Counted from the first letter of the stretch, positions 20,008 through 30,827 are shown. The stretch is DNA of 64,000 bases from an uncultured delta proteobacterium (GCA_963706575.1 CAVPNL010000004.1:320001-384000); one strand, 5' to 3'. The notes: a model not told the origin generated them from the letters alone. Program-made: numbers and translations.

Positions 20008-20096
20008 CGAAACGTCTCCTTTATATAATTGCGATATTACCAAAGTGTCATACCGGATAAAGCTAAAAATTGAAATCTCAATTGGGCTTTCCAAAC

Positions 20097-20200
20097 CGGG
20101 TGCTTCGCACCCGGTTCCGCCCGCAACGATCGGGGCGCTTCGCGCACCTGTCTTTTACCGCATTAAGCGGTAAAATCCAAGCCACCCGCTATGCGGGTGG
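20097..20200. repeat. Cluster of short perfect hairpins
   Basis: gggtgcttcgcaccc, ttttaccgcattaagcggtaaaa, ccacccgctatgcgggtgg. Confidence 0.5.
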
Positions 20201-20599
20201 TCGTTGACGCCAAATAATTTCAAATAGAAGGTTGACAATTCGGGGAAGATTTTATACCTGATCTGATTCCGGATTGCAACCTAAGCCATTGATATTATAT
20301 CATATTAAAATGGTAGGATATAATTGGCAATTGCAAAAGCGCCGATTCGACATTGAACCGTGGCGGCTTTGAGGGCTCAAATGGTCGCCTGACTGGAATT
20401 CATTTGTTGACTAAGGGTCGGAAATTTATTGAAATTTTTCACATGACCCGCCCGCGAATTTCGCGAAAATTCATTGACAAACACAGTGGAAGCGTATAGT
20501 TTGGCAGACTTTGCCAAAAATTCGTTAGCGTAAAATCTATTTTTGAATAACATACAATAATTACAAATATGTATTGAATTATCACAGGAGAAAGAATCA

Positions 20600-23500
20600 A
20601 TGCCAAAAGAAGTTATCGGATCGGTAATGGTCGTCGGAGGCGGTATTTCCGGTATGCAGGCAGCACTGGATCTGGCGGATTCAGGCTACTATGTCTACCT
20701 GGTCGAAAAGGGCTCATCCATCGGCGGCGTGATGTCCCAGCTGGATAAGACCTTTCCCACCAACGACTGCGCCATGTGAATTATTTCACCGAAACTGGTC
20801 GAGGTCGGCCGGCATTTAAATATCGAGCTCAAAACGCTCAGTGAAATTAAAGCGGTTAAAGGCAGGGCGGGTAACTTCCAGGTCGAACTGATGCGACACC
20901 CGCGCTATATCGACGAATCACTGTGCATCGCCTGCGGTGCCTGCGCTGAAAAATGCCCTAAAAAAGTTGTGGATCCCTACAACGCGGGGCTCGTCAAACG
21001 TAAATCCGCCTATGTCGAATATCCCGCAGGCAGTACCCTTGAAATATTGCATCGATGGAGACAGCTGCATTTACATCCAGAAAAAAAAATGCGGGGCCTG
21101 CAAAAAGCTCTGCCCCACCGGCGCCGTAGATTTTGACCAAACGGCCCAAAGCGAAACCCTGCAGGTCGGATCGCTGGTGCTGGCACCGGGTTTTTCGCCT
21201 TTTGATCCTTCAAAATTTGATAATTACCAGTATGCCAACCTTCCCAATGTCATGACCTCGCTGGAATTTGAGCGTATCCTTTCCGCATCCGGTCCGACAA
21301 TGGGGCATGTTACCCGTCAGTCAAAGGACAAGGGCGAGCCCAAAAAAATTGCCTGGTTCCAATGCGTGGGCTCCCGGGACATGAACAAATGCGATCACTC
21401 ATACTGCTCCTCGGTATGCTGCATGTATGCCATCAAAGAAGCCGTCATTGCCAAAGAGCATGTCGGCGATGACCTGGACTGCGCAGTCTTTTATATGGAC
21501 ATTCGCACCCCGGGAAAAGACTTCGAACGCTTTTACGACAATGCCCGGGAAAAACACGGTATCCGTTTTATCCGCAGCCGGGTGCACAGTGTTGATCCGG
21601 TTCTGGGAACCGACGATCTGGAGATACGTTACGTGACGGAAAGCGGCGAGACGGTCAACGAGATCTTTGACATGATCGTGCTGTCAATCGGGATGGAAAC
21701 CTCACCGGAAATCATCAAGCTTGCCAAAAAGCTCAGGATTGACCTGACGGAGGGTAATTTCTGTCAAACCTCCAGCTTTGCGCCGGTGGCGACATCCAGA
21801 AAGGGTATTTATGTCTGCGGTGCCTTCCAGGGACCCAAAGACATCCCTCAATCGGTCGTTGATTCCAGCGCGGCCGCAAGTGCTGCTGGAGAAATTTTGA
21901 CCGCTGCCCGCAACACGCTGACGAGCAAGAAAGAAGCGGTGCCCGAGGTCAATGTCGTCAACGAGCGACCCCGCATCGGCGTATTTGTCTGCCACTGCGG
22001 CATCAATATTGCCGGTGTGGTGGATGTGCCCGCCGTAGCAGAATATGCCGGCACCCTGCCCTACGTAGAATTTGCGACCGACAACCTGTATTCCTGCTCC
22101 CAGGACACCCAGGACGCCATTGCCAAAATTATCGAGGAGAAAAAGCTAAACCGTGTGGTGGTGGCAGCCTGTACGCCCAAGACCCATGAGCCGTTGTTTC
22201 AGGAAACTTTGATCAATGCCGGGTTAAACAAATATCTGTTTGAGATGGCCAACATTCGCAACCAGGACTCCTGGGTGCATAAGAACAACCCGGATCTGGC
22301 CACCAAAAAAGCCAAAGACCTGATCCGCATGGCGGTTCACAAGGTGGCTTTGATGGCCCCCCTGCAAGAAGCCGAACTCGAGATCAACCAGACCGCTATG
22401 GTCATCGGCGGGGGGATCTCCGGCATGTCTGCGGCCAGAAGCCTGGCGCGCCAGGGATATGAAACCCACCTCATCGAAAAAGACACCCAGCTGGGCGGGC
22501 AGGCCCGTCATATTTACCGCACGGCTTCCGGCGACAGTGTTCCCGAAAAACTGGCCGACCTGATCAATGAAGTCGAAAAGAATAAAAAAATTCATGTTCA
22601 TGTCGAAACCGAAATCAAGCAGGTGGACGGGTTTGTAGGGAATTTCGAGACCACCCTGGCGGTCAACGGAAACGAAGACATCCTTGAGCATGGAGTGGCT
22701 GTAATGGCCACCGGGGCATCGCCGTATCAACCCGATGAATATCATTACGGTAAGGATCAGCGCATTCTTACCAGCCTGGAGCTTGATCGCAAATTCATTG
22801 AAAATGACGCCACGCTGAAAGACCTGAACACGGCCGTCTTTATTCAGTGTGTCGGCTCCCGGGAACCACAGCGGCCTTACTGCTCGCGGGTGTGCTGTAC
22901 CCATTCGGTCGACAATGCTATAGAACTCAAAAAGCTCAACCCTGAAATGGATGTATTTGTTCTGTACCGGGACCTGCGAACTTACGGTGAGCGCGAGGTC
23001 CTGTACAAGAAAGCGCGTGAAGCCGGCGTGATTTTTATTCGTTTCAGTTTAGAGAACAAACCCGAAGTGATCAGCGAAGGCGACAGATTGTTTGTCAGAG
23101 TCATTGACCATGTCATTGGACGACCGGTGGAAATCGAAACCGATCTGATCAGCCTGGCAACCGCCATCCTGCCGAACAAGGCAGAAGAGTTAGCGACTTT
23201 TTTCAAAGTTCCGTTAAATGAGGACGGTTTCTTTGTGGAACGCCATGCCAAACTGGGGCCGGTTGAATTTGCCACCGACGGCGTATTTTTATGCGGCACG
23301 GCGCATTATCCCAAACCAATTGATGAGTCCATCGCCCAGGGACAGGCGGCCGCATCCCGCGCCGTAACGCTGCTGGCGCGGGAGACCATTTACACCAGCG
23401 GAACCATCGCAGAGACCAATCCCACCCTGTGCAGTGAGTGCGGTGTTTGTGTGTCGGTCTGCCCCTATTCAGCGCCCTCCTTTACCGAGGAGGGGCCTTT

Positions 23501-23645
23501 TGCCGGCAGAGCCCAGATTAATCCGGTACTGTGCAAAGGATGCGGACTTTGCGTGGCCTCGTGCCGATCCGGCGCGATTCATCTGAAAGGTTTTGACAAC
23601 GATCAAATTTTTGCGCAAATCTTTGCATTGAATAATGCAGTATGA
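20600..23645 (+). CDS. hdrA: Large HdrA-family FAD/Fe-S protein (~1014 aa), selenoprotein, with a +1 frameshift near 21023
   Basis: VVGGGISGMQAALDLA, LDKTFPTNDCAM-TGA(20777)-IISPKLVEVGRH, where homologues have Cys. An extra C at 21023-25 separates AYVEYP from QAVPLKY. Duplicated CVGSR/CSxVCC modules and C-terminal ferredoxin motifs. Confidence 0.9.
20777..20815 (+). promoter_or_regulatory. Sec codon plus bacterial SECIS hairpin in hdrA
   Basis: In-frame TGA followed by ctggtcg-aggt-cggccgg hairpin with G-containing loop. Confidence 0.75.
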
Positions 23646-23754
23646 TAGTAGATTTAAGTTTGAGTACTGGTTGTTGAATGCTTGTGAGAAGTACTGCAAA
23701 GTCATCCAGCAGTGAGAAGCCAGTCGCCTGCAACCAGAAAAGGAGAATAAAAGC

Positions 23755-24186
23755 ATGTCTGAATGGGAACCTAAAATCGTAGCCTTTTTGTGTAACTGGT
23801 GCAGCTACGGTGCTGCCGACCTGGCAGGGGTTGGACGGATGGAATACCCATCCAACATACGGGTGGTTCGAATCCCCTGTACCGGAAGGATGGACCCTAA
23901 GTTTTTCCTGGCCGCCTTGCGTGAAGGCGCAGACGGCGTCTGGGTGTCCGGGTGACATCCCGGCGAATGCCATTACCTGGAAGGTAATTATTATGCCCGA
24001 CGCAAATTTGCGCTGTTTCAAAACCTGATGGAGCACATGGGAATTGAACCCGGCCGCCTGCAGTTTTCCTGGGTCTCCTCGGCGGAATCCACAAAGTTCG
24101 TCAGGGTGGTCACCGAAGTCACCGAGGCCATCAAAGACCTTGGACCCAATAAAAATTTAGTCAAAACCATGCCGAAGGTAGCTTAA
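23755..24186 (+). CDS. flxD: MvhD/FlxD-type [2Fe-2S] subunit, selenoprotein (143 aa)
   Basis: [28 protein letters not shown](23953)[18 protein letters not shown]; open to TAA 24186; SECIS attacct-gga-aggtaat. Confidence 0.9.
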
Positions 24187-24187
24187 G

Positions 24188-25135
24188 ATGTTGAGTTACA
24201 TTGATAAAATAAAAGAAATTTCCATGCGGCTTTTAAAAGAGTGCCAGGTGGAAATAGTTATCGGGTTCCGCAAGGGAACCGTTCCGATGATGAATGAACC
24301 GCACTTCGCCAAATCTCCCGAAGCGGTTGAAGACTTCGTCTGGGACAGCAATTGCGGCATTAACCTGTGCAATTATCTCACGAATCGGGGTGAAAAAATT
24401 GCGATTGTGGCCAAAGGGTGTGATTCCCGCAATATCGTCACCCATATCATTGAAAATAAAATCAAACGGGATCAGCTCGTCATCATCGGAGTCCCCTGCA
24501 AAGGGATGATGGATAAGCGCAAAATTTCCGCCATGTTCGAGGAGGAGATTGGTGAAGTTATCGAAAACGAAAATAATATCACGGTTAAAGGCGATGGCTT
24601 TGAAAAAACGTTAGATAAGAAAGATGTGCTCCAGCAAAATTGCGCTATCTGCATTCACCGCAACCCGGTGATTTACGATGAACTGGTGGGAGAGCTTGTC
24701 GAAGAACAGGTCGATGTGGACCGCTACGCAGATGTCCGTGAAATCGAAGCCCTGGCGCCGCAAGAAAAAGCAGCATACTTTGAGAAACTTCTGGAACCCT
24801 GTATTCGGTGTTATGCGTGCCGCAATGCCTGTCCGCTTTGCTACTGCCCCACCTGCTTTACCGATGAGTCCCGGCCGCAATGGGTCGGCAAAGGCCAGGA
24901 CCTGACCGATGTGAGCACTTTTCACTTTTTAAGGGCTTATCATTGTGCCGGCCGTTGCACCGATTGCGGAGCCTGCGAGCGGTCCTGCCCGGTGAGCATT
25001 AATATGCGCGTCTTAACCAAAAAATTGGAAAAAGATTGTCTGGATCTTTTTGGCTGGGAGGCGGGCCTGGACCCCGATGTGAGACCGCCCCTGGACACTT
25101 ACAAGCCGGGTGATCCGGATGAGTTTATTAAGTAA
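24188..25135 (+). CDS. flxC: FlxC-like 4Fe-4S protein
   Basis: KGCD, CIRCYACRNACPLCYC, CTDCGACERSCP. Confidence 0.8.
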   Translation: MLSYIDKIKEISMRLLKECQVEIVIGFRKGTVPMMNEPHFAKSPEAVEDFVWDSNCGINLCNYLTNRGEKIAIVAKGCDSRNIVTHIIENKIKRDQLVIIGVPCKGMMDKRKISAMFEEEIGEVIENENNITVKGDGFEKTLDKKDVLQQNCAICIHRNPVIYDELVGELVEEQVDVDRYADVREIEALAPQEKAAYFEKLLEPCIRCYACRNACPLCYCPTCFTDESRPQWVGKGQDLTDVSTFHFLRAYHCAGRCTDCGACERSCPVSINMRVLTKKLEKDCLDLFGWEAGLDPDVRPPLDTYKPGDPDEFIK

Positions 25136-25136
25136 T

Positions 25137-25235
25137 TGGTGTTTAGTATTTAGTATTTGGGTTGAGTATTTGGTTTTAGTGTTTGGCAGATTTCCATAAA
25201 TAACTCATCCTAAACACAAAACACCAAACACTAAA
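25137..25235. repeat. Inverted heptamer array inside the flx operon
   Basis: tggtgtttagtatttagtatttgg...ctaaacacaaaacaccaaacactaaa. Confidence 0.6.
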
Positions 25236-25254
25236 AAACAAAGGTATTTTCATT

Positions 25255-26322
25255 ATGAAGATCGTTCAAATCGACAAAGAAAACTGGACGGATGGACTTG
25301 CAAAATTATCCGAAACCTATCGCCTTTTCGGTCCCGTCAAGGAAGATGGTTTCCATAATTTTAAACAACTCCATCAGGGGCAATTGCCGGATTTAAATTG
25401 TTTGAACACCCGTCTGTCACCCAAGTCGATCATCTATCCCCAAACGGAAGTGATGTTCGAATATTCCCTGGATGAAAACCAGGAAAACCATCACATCTTA
25501 AAAGAAGCCAACAAAGACTATTCACCGCAGGCGGTTATCGGAATCCGACCCTGCGACGCCAAGGCCTTTGCGCTGGTCAGGCTTAATTTCGACACCCCGG
25601 AGTACCAGGACCCGTATTGGCTCAAAGCCTATGAAGCCACAACACTGGTAGGCCTGGCATGCGAGTCGCCCTGCAGTTCCTGTTTTTGCACCACTGCCGG
25701 CTGTGGGCCCTATCATGAAGAAGAACTGGATCTGCTGCTGATCGATAACGACGATCAATACTGGGCCAAAGTCATCACCGATAAAGGGGAAGCCTTTCTG
25801 GCAGCCGCCGGATGGACCACGGCGCGGGACGCGCAAACCGCCCTGAAGGAAATCGAGGTTAAAAAGAAGGCCGCCGAAGAAAAAATATCCGCATTTGTGA
25901 AAACCGACAACCTTCGGGAAATTGAGACGAACGCGCTTTACAACGCACCCTTTTGGGAGGAGGTTTCCTTTTCCTGCATTAACTGCGGTACCTGTACCTA
26001 TGCGTGCCCGACCTGCTGGTGTTTTGACATTCAGGATGAGAACCGCGGCAATAGCGGCTGTCGTCTGCGCAATTGGGACAGCTGCATGTACCCGTTATTT
26101 ACCCTGCATGGTTCAGGGCATAATCCCAGAGACACCAAATTGCACCGGGTGCGCCAGCGATTTATGCATAAGCTAAAATACTATGTCGATAAATATGACG
26201 CCGGGATTCAGTGTGTGGGATGCGGCCGCTGCATTCGCCTCTGTCCGGTCAACATCGACATTCGCCGTGTTTGTGGATACATGAACAGCTTCGCCAAGTC
26301 AGCAGAAGCGTGTGAAGTTTAA
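25255..26322 (+). CDS. flxB: FlxB/AsrA-like 4Fe-4S protein
   Basis: GIRPCD, CINCGTCTYACPTCWC, RQRFMHK, CVGCGRCIRLCP. Confidence 0.85.
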   Translation: MKIVQIDKENWTDGLAKLSETYRLFGPVKEDGFHNFKQLHQGQLPDLNCLNTRLSPKSIIYPQTEVMFEYSLDENQENHHILKEANKDYSPQAVIGIRPCDAKAFALVRLNFDTPEYQDPYWLKAYEATTLVGLACESPCSSCFCTTAGCGPYHEEELDLLLIDNDDQYWAKVITDKGEAFLAAAGWTTARDAQTALKEIEVKKKAAEEKISAFVKTDNLREIETNALYNAPFWEEVSFSCINCGTCTYACPTCWCFDIQDENRGNSGCRLRNWDSCMYPLFTLHGSGHNPRDTKLHRVRQRFMHKLKYYVDKYDAGIQCVGCGRCIRLCPVNIDIRRVCGYMNSFAKSAEACEV

Positions 26323-26383
26323 AGGATTGAATATTTTTGATTGAATATTGAATAATCAATTTTCAATTTGTACGGGGGTTATT

Positions 26384-27229
26384 GTGCTAAATCCATATAT
26401 GCCGTATCCGGTTCGCATCGATAATATTACCGTTGAAACCGAAGATAAGAATCTAAAAACATTTCGCTTTGTCTTCTTAAACCCGGAAGATGAAGAAAAG
26501 TTCAGCTACCATGCCGGCCAGTTTGCCGAACTTTCAGTGACCGGAAAGGGTGAAATTCCCATCGGCATTGCCTCATCACCTTCGGAAAAGGGATTTGTCA
26601 TGTTCACCGTAAACAAAGTGGGCCTGGTATCTTCCTATCTGCACGCCATGAAAGAAGGCGACATAATGGGCGTTCGCGGCCCCCTCGGCAACTGGTATCC
26701 GTGGGAACAGATGGAAGGCAAAAATGTCGTCATCATCGGCGGAGGATTTGCCTTTACCACTCTGAGGTCTTCTATAATTTACATGCTGGATCCGGCCAAT
26801 CGATCAAAATTTAAGGATATTCACGTCATTTACGGCGCCCGGACACCGGGCATGCTGCTTTACTGGGACGAGCTGATCGAGTGGGAAAAACGCGATGACA
26901 TCAACATGCACATTACCGTTGACGGCACCGATGATCCCAACTGGAAGTACAACACCGGTTTCGTTCCGACGATGGCCGAGCAAAAAGCACCGCCCGGCGG
27001 TGAAGATACCTACGCGGTCGTGTGCGGGCCGCCGATCATGATTAAATTTACACAACCGGTTTTGGATAAGCTCGACTATTCCCATGATCGTATAATCATG
27101 TCCCTTGAAAACCGCATGAAATGCGGAATTGGAATGTGCGGCCGCTGTAATATCGGCAAAGAATTTGTTTGCAAGGACGGGCCGGTTTTTACACTTGCGG
27201 AATTAAACAAAACACCACGGGAGTATTAG
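26384..27229 (+). CDS. flxA: FlxA/AsrB-like FAD/NAD-binding [2Fe-2S] subunit
   Basis: RGPLGN, GGG, CGPPIM, MKCGIGMCGRC, VCKDGPVF; GTG start. Confidence 0.88.
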   Translation: MLNPYMPYPVRIDNITVETEDKNLKTFRFVFLNPEDEEKFSYHAGQFAELSVTGKGEIPIGIASSPSEKGFVMFTVNKVGLVSSYLHAMKEGDIMGVRGPLGNWYPWEQMEGKNVVIIGGGFAFTTLRSSIIYMLDPANRSKFKDIHVIYGARTPGMLLYWDELIEWEKRDDINMHITVDGTDDPNWKYNTGFVPTMAEQKAPPGGEDTYAVVCGPPIMIKFTQPVLDKLDYSHDRIIMSLENRMKCGIGMCGRCNIGKEFVCKDGPVFTLAELNKTPREY

Positions 27230-27369
27230 AACCCATCTTAAATTATTTTCATGTTGACAATGCTATGTCAATTACGATAAAAAGCTCATTTTATAATTGA
27301 GCCTAAAAGGCTGCGGCCGCAAAAGAATAAATTATTAATATATTAATTATTAAGAAGGAGGACGATTAA

Positions 27370-27687
27370 ATGCCAAGTGTAGAATTCATGGGAAAAGAGT
27401 TTAATGTCGACGAAGACGGATTTATCGATTCCTACGACAACTGGTGTCAAGAGTGGGTGCAATGGGTAAAAAATCAAGAGGGTATCGAGGAACTTAATGA
27501 AGAGCACCAAAAAGTAATCGAGGTTCTTCGCGAATATTATGAAAAAAATGGTATCGCCCCGATGGTTCGCGTTCTTTCGAAAGTTACCGGGTTTAAACTG
27601 AAACACATTTATGAATTGTTCCCATCAGGACCGGGCAAGGGGGCCTGTAAAATGGCCGGTCTTCCGAAACCCACCGGATGTGTCTAA
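27370..27687 (+). CDS. dsrC: Dissimilatory sulfite reductase partner DsrC
   Basis: DEDGF, LFPSGPGKGACKMAGLPKPTGCV with both C-terminal cysteines. Confidence 0.93.
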   Translation: MPSVEFMGKEFNVDEDGFIDSYDNWCQEWVQWVKNQEGIEELNEEHQKVIEVLREYYEKNGIAPMVRVLSKVTGFKLKHIYELFPSGPGKGACKMAGLPKPTGCV

Positions 27688-27717
27688 TCACAAGATCGTG
27701 ACCGAATTTTCAATTTT

Positions 27718-27751
27718 TAAAAGGCCCTGCGGCGGATGCAGGGCCTTTTTT
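27718..27751 (+). terminator. Terminator after dsrC
   Basis: aaaaggccctgc-ggcggat-gcagggcctttttt. Confidence 0.85.
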
Positions 27752-27752
27752 G

Positions 27753-27981
27753 TTAGAACCCATCTCAAAAATGTCTTTTGGTCCAATATCTTTGTTGGTG
27801 CCTCGCTTTAAATCCTCAACATACAACAGTATGCCTGCGGTTTACGACCCACAAAGAGGATTTAATCAGGCGGGAAGTCCAGCAACGCTGGAAAGCTCGG
27901 CCCCGCCGCGCGTGTCGCGGCGAAGCCTTTAGGCGAAGACGGAATCTTGAACCAAAATCCTATTTTTGAGGTGGGCTCTAA
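27753..27981. mobile_element. MITE family B, complete copy (~229 bp)
   Basis: TIRs TTAGAACCCATCTCAAAAAT ... ATTTTTGAGGTGGGCTCTAA; central catac-aaca-gtatg hairpin. Confidence 0.8.
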
Positions 27982-27995
27982 GGAGGTCCCCTATT

Positions 27996-28397
27996 ATGAT
28001 CCTCTCCGTCAAAACGTCGTCCCGCACAGAATTAATCGATATTACGTCTAAAATTGCAAAATTGGTAAAAGAATCCGGTGTCACTCAAGGCCTGTGCATG
28101 CTATATGTGCCCCACACCACCGGTGCGGTCACCATCAATGAAAGTGCCGATCCGAGTGTCAAAAGCGACATCCTGATGGTCTTAAATCAGATTATTCCCT
28201 GGGATGCAGATTACAAGCACATGGAAGGCAACTCAGCGGCTCATGTTAAATCTACCCTGGTCGGCGCATCGGAACTGGTGGCCATTGAAAACGGCGCACT
28301 GACGCTGGGCACCTGGCAGGGGATTTTTTTCTGCGAATTCGACGGTCCGCGAACGCGAAAGGTTCATGTTCGTATCACTGAGCAGCGCTTTGCATAG
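27996..28397 (+). CDS. yjbQ: YjbQ/UPF0047 family protein
   Basis: PHTTGAVTINE, HMEGNSAAHVKS, LGTWQGIFFCEFDGPR. Confidence 0.9.
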   Translation: MILSVKTSSRTELIDITSKIAKLVKESGVTQGLCMLYVPHTTGAVTINESADPSVKSDILMVLNQIIPWDADYKHMEGNSAAHVKSTLVGASELVAIENGALTLGTWQGIFFCEFDGPRTRKVHVRITEQRFA

Positions 28398-28541
28398 AAG
28401 TGGTTTCAAAACCCCATCTAAGGCCCAATGGCTGCGTTACAGGCCTCCGGTAAATGCTCACATACCCATGTATGCTGCGCTTTCCCGATCGGCCTGACGC
28501 CTTGCCCTTGAACCTGATCTGAGGTTTTTAAACCACTTCTA
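28395..28541. mobile_element. MITE family A, complete copy
   Basis: TIRs tagaagtggtttcaaaacc ... ggtttttaaaccacttcta; the TAG also serves as the yjbQ stop. Confidence 0.8.
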
Positions 28542-28714
28542 ATAAGTACAACATTCAGGACTCAGGGTTATCTGATTGCTGAATTTTAGCTTATCCGCAG
28601 ATTACGCAGATTACACAGATTAGTTTTATAAAATAAATGAGACACGGGCGAAATATTGGTATGTTTTGCCAGTGTTCGGGGGCTAATTAATAAAGGGTTA
28701 AGACAACATGAGGA

Positions 28715-29176
28715 ATGAACATGCCAGAGATTGATGATGTCGACAAGGCCATATTGAATCAAATCCAGTCCGGCTTCCCCATCACATCCCGACCCTACCG
28801 CACCATTGCCGAAGATTTGGGGTTATCCGAAGCAGAGGTTTTAAAACGCGTCTCTCGCTTAAAGTCGTCCGGCATTATCCGCCGGATTGGCGGCAATTTT
28901 AAGCCTGAAAAACTTGGATTTGTCAGTACCCTATGCGCCGCAAAAGTTCCCGAAGATAAGATCCTCCAATTTGCTGAAGTCGTAAACCGTTATCCGGGTG
29001 TAACTCACAACTACCGCCGGGAAAATACATTTAATATCTGGTTTACCTTTATTGCACCATCGATGGATGAAATTAATGCAAACCTCGAACAGATCGCCGC
29101 GGAAACCGGCGTAAGCGATATTCTCAATCTGCCGGCGACGAGGGTGTTTAAAATAAGAGCCGAGTTTAAAGTGTAG
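28715..29176 (+). CDS. ahbA: Siroheme decarboxylase alpha subunit (AhbA/NirD-like)
   Basis: QSGFPITSRPY, GIIRRIGGNF, PGVTHNYRR, FNIWFT. Confidence 0.88.
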   Translation: MNMPEIDDVDKAILNQIQSGFPITSRPYRTIAEDLGLSEAEVLKRVSRLKSSGIIRRIGGNFKPEKLGFVSTLCAAKVPEDKILQFAEVVNRYPGVTHNYRRENTFNIWFTFIAPSMDEINANLEQIAAETGVSDILNLPATRVFKIRAEFKV

Positions 29177-29225
29177 TTTTCAGATGTCAAATCCAGGGGT
29201 TCAGAGATTCGGGGTTCAAGGATTT

Positions 29226-29316
29226 GTTAAATTAGTTTTATTTGTTTCATTGGTTGAATTGGTTGGCATAAACCGAACCAATTGAACAAATTAAACCAAT
29301 CAAACCAATTAAACAG
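29226..29316. repeat. Inverted 9-mer array (ATTGGTTGA/TAAACCAAT)
   Basis: tcattggttgaattggtt...aaccaattgaacaaattaaaccaatcaaaccaatt. Confidence 0.6.
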
Positions 29317-29362
29317 ATGGAACACCTGCCAGCAGGCTGACACCTGAAACCTAACATTGATT

Positions 29363-30166
29363 ATGAACGACATCCGTATAGCTGCTGTGATAATGAATTG
29401 TCCGGTTGGGCGGGTTGAGGACAACCTGGACCGCATGGCCGGCTGGATCCAGACCGCAAAGAAACGGGCGGCGGATCTGGTCTGTTTTCCGGAAATGAAT
29501 GTTACCGGTTACAGCACCCGTGAGGTAATCAAAGAGTCGGCGGAAACCGTGCCGGGAACAATCAGTCGATCGGTTTTAGCGCTGGCGCGGGAATTTAAGC
29601 TGGCCATTCTGGCCGGGTTGCTGGAAAAAGACGCTCGGGGCCGCGTGTTTGCCAGTCATCTGGTGGTCACACCGCGGGGGGTGGCCGGCATCTATCGCAA
29701 AATCCATATTGCCCCGCCGGAGACCGATGTATTTTCGGCGGGCGATACCATCGCGCTGTTTAAAATCAAGGGGGTCAAGCTGGGTATCCAGCTATGTTAT
29801 GATGTGCATTTCCCCGAGCTCTCAACCCGCATGGCCACCGATGGTGCCGATGTGATTTTTATGCCCCACGCATCTCCCCGGGGCACGCCTACCGCTAAGT
29901 TTAATTCCTGGATGCGCCACCTGCCTGCCCGCGCTTTCGATAACGGCCTGTACGTGGTGGCCTGCAACCAGACCGGAAACAATCAGAGCGGCCTCAACTT
30001 TCCGGGGGTATCCGTTATTCTTGATCCTGCCGGTCGAATCATCAAAAAACATACCGGCGGAAAAGAACATATGATGGTTGCTGATCTAAAAGCCGATGAA
30101 TTAAAAAAGGTCAGGGGCCACCGCATGCGCTATTTTCTTCCCAACCGCCGCCCCGAATTGTATTGA
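29363..30166 (+). CDS. Nitrilase-superfamily carbon-nitrogen hydrolase
   Basis: FPE, YRKIH, LCYD catalytic Glu-Lys-Cys motifs; RRPELY C-terminus. Confidence 0.9.
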   Translation: MNDIRIAAVIMNCPVGRVEDNLDRMAGWIQTAKKRAADLVCFPEMNVTGYSTREVIKESAETVPGTISRSVLALAREFKLAILAGLLEKDARGRVFASHLVVTPRGVAGIYRKIHIAPPETDVFSAGDTIALFKIKGVKLGIQLCYDVHFPELSTRMATDGADVIFMPHASPRGTPTAKFNSWMRHLPARAFDNGLYVVACNQTGNNQSGLNFPGVSVILDPAGRIIKKHTGGKEHMMVADLKADELKKVRGHRMRYFLPNRRPELY

Positions 30167-30215
30167 TTGAAAAGCCCTAAGCTCCCTGCGCCGGCAATCA
30201 ACCGGCGCCCTTGTT

Positions 30216-30387
30216 TAGTACCCATCTCAAAAATAGGTTTTTGCTTCAAGATTCCATCTTCGCCTAAAGGCTTCCGTCTTCGTTAACCGCCGTCGCTATA
30301 GCTATGGCGGTCAAGAAACTTCGACGGGACAGGTCGCCGGGACACGCGCGGCGGAGCCAAGTTTCTAATGCTGCAGCCTATACAACA
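30216..30387. mobile_element. First half of a split MITE family B (reverse orientation, nested insertion)
   Basis: tagtacccatctcaaaaatagg...caagattcc.tcttcgcctaaaggcttc...gacacgcgcggcgg matches the reverse complement of the 27753 copy up to its central hairpin. Confidence 0.75.
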
Positions 30388-30530
30388 ACACGTAATATAA
30401 AATGAATACCGCAGGTTTTTGAATTTGTTAAAAGTGCCGATTAGTTGGAGCTGTACGAATAAAAGGCAGAGCCATTGCTGGCCCTGCCCTTGTGTGTAAC
30501 TTATCCACCACAATTTAAATTATTGGTCAA

Positions 30531-30827
30531 TTATCCTTTTAAAGCTTTTATCATATCATTCACTTGGCTTTCTGTTGCTATCGGAATAACCTTGAAAGTG
30601 CAAAATGGTACGTACTGCTGGAGAGAACTCATCACTTCCAACTCAGTACCTTCATTTATAGCATATCCATTGGATTCACCAACAAATGATCCCCAGTCCT
30701 TTGTTATTCCTTTTTCGATGTCTTGCCTGACCATTGCCATCAACATACCCCAGCCTTCACCTCGCTCTTTTGGATCAACCGGAATTTGCGTTTGTACCAC
30801 TTCCCAGAGAACAAGATATTTTCCCAT
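30531..30827 (-). CDS. Hypothetical protein (small, possibly ferredoxin-like fold)
   Basis: MGKYLVLWE...DWGSFVGESNGYAINEG; 98 aa. Confidence 0.7.
   Translation of the reverse strand: MGKYLVLWEVVQTQIPVDPKERGEGWGMLMAMVRQDIEKGITKDWGSFVGESNGYAINEGTELEVMSSLQQYVPFCTFKVIPIATESQVNDMIKALKG

Noticed and set aside
20425..20446. Rex operator upstream of hdrA
   Set aside because: Only one good half-site (TTCACA); spacing and left arm do not fit TTGTGAA-N4-TTCACAA.
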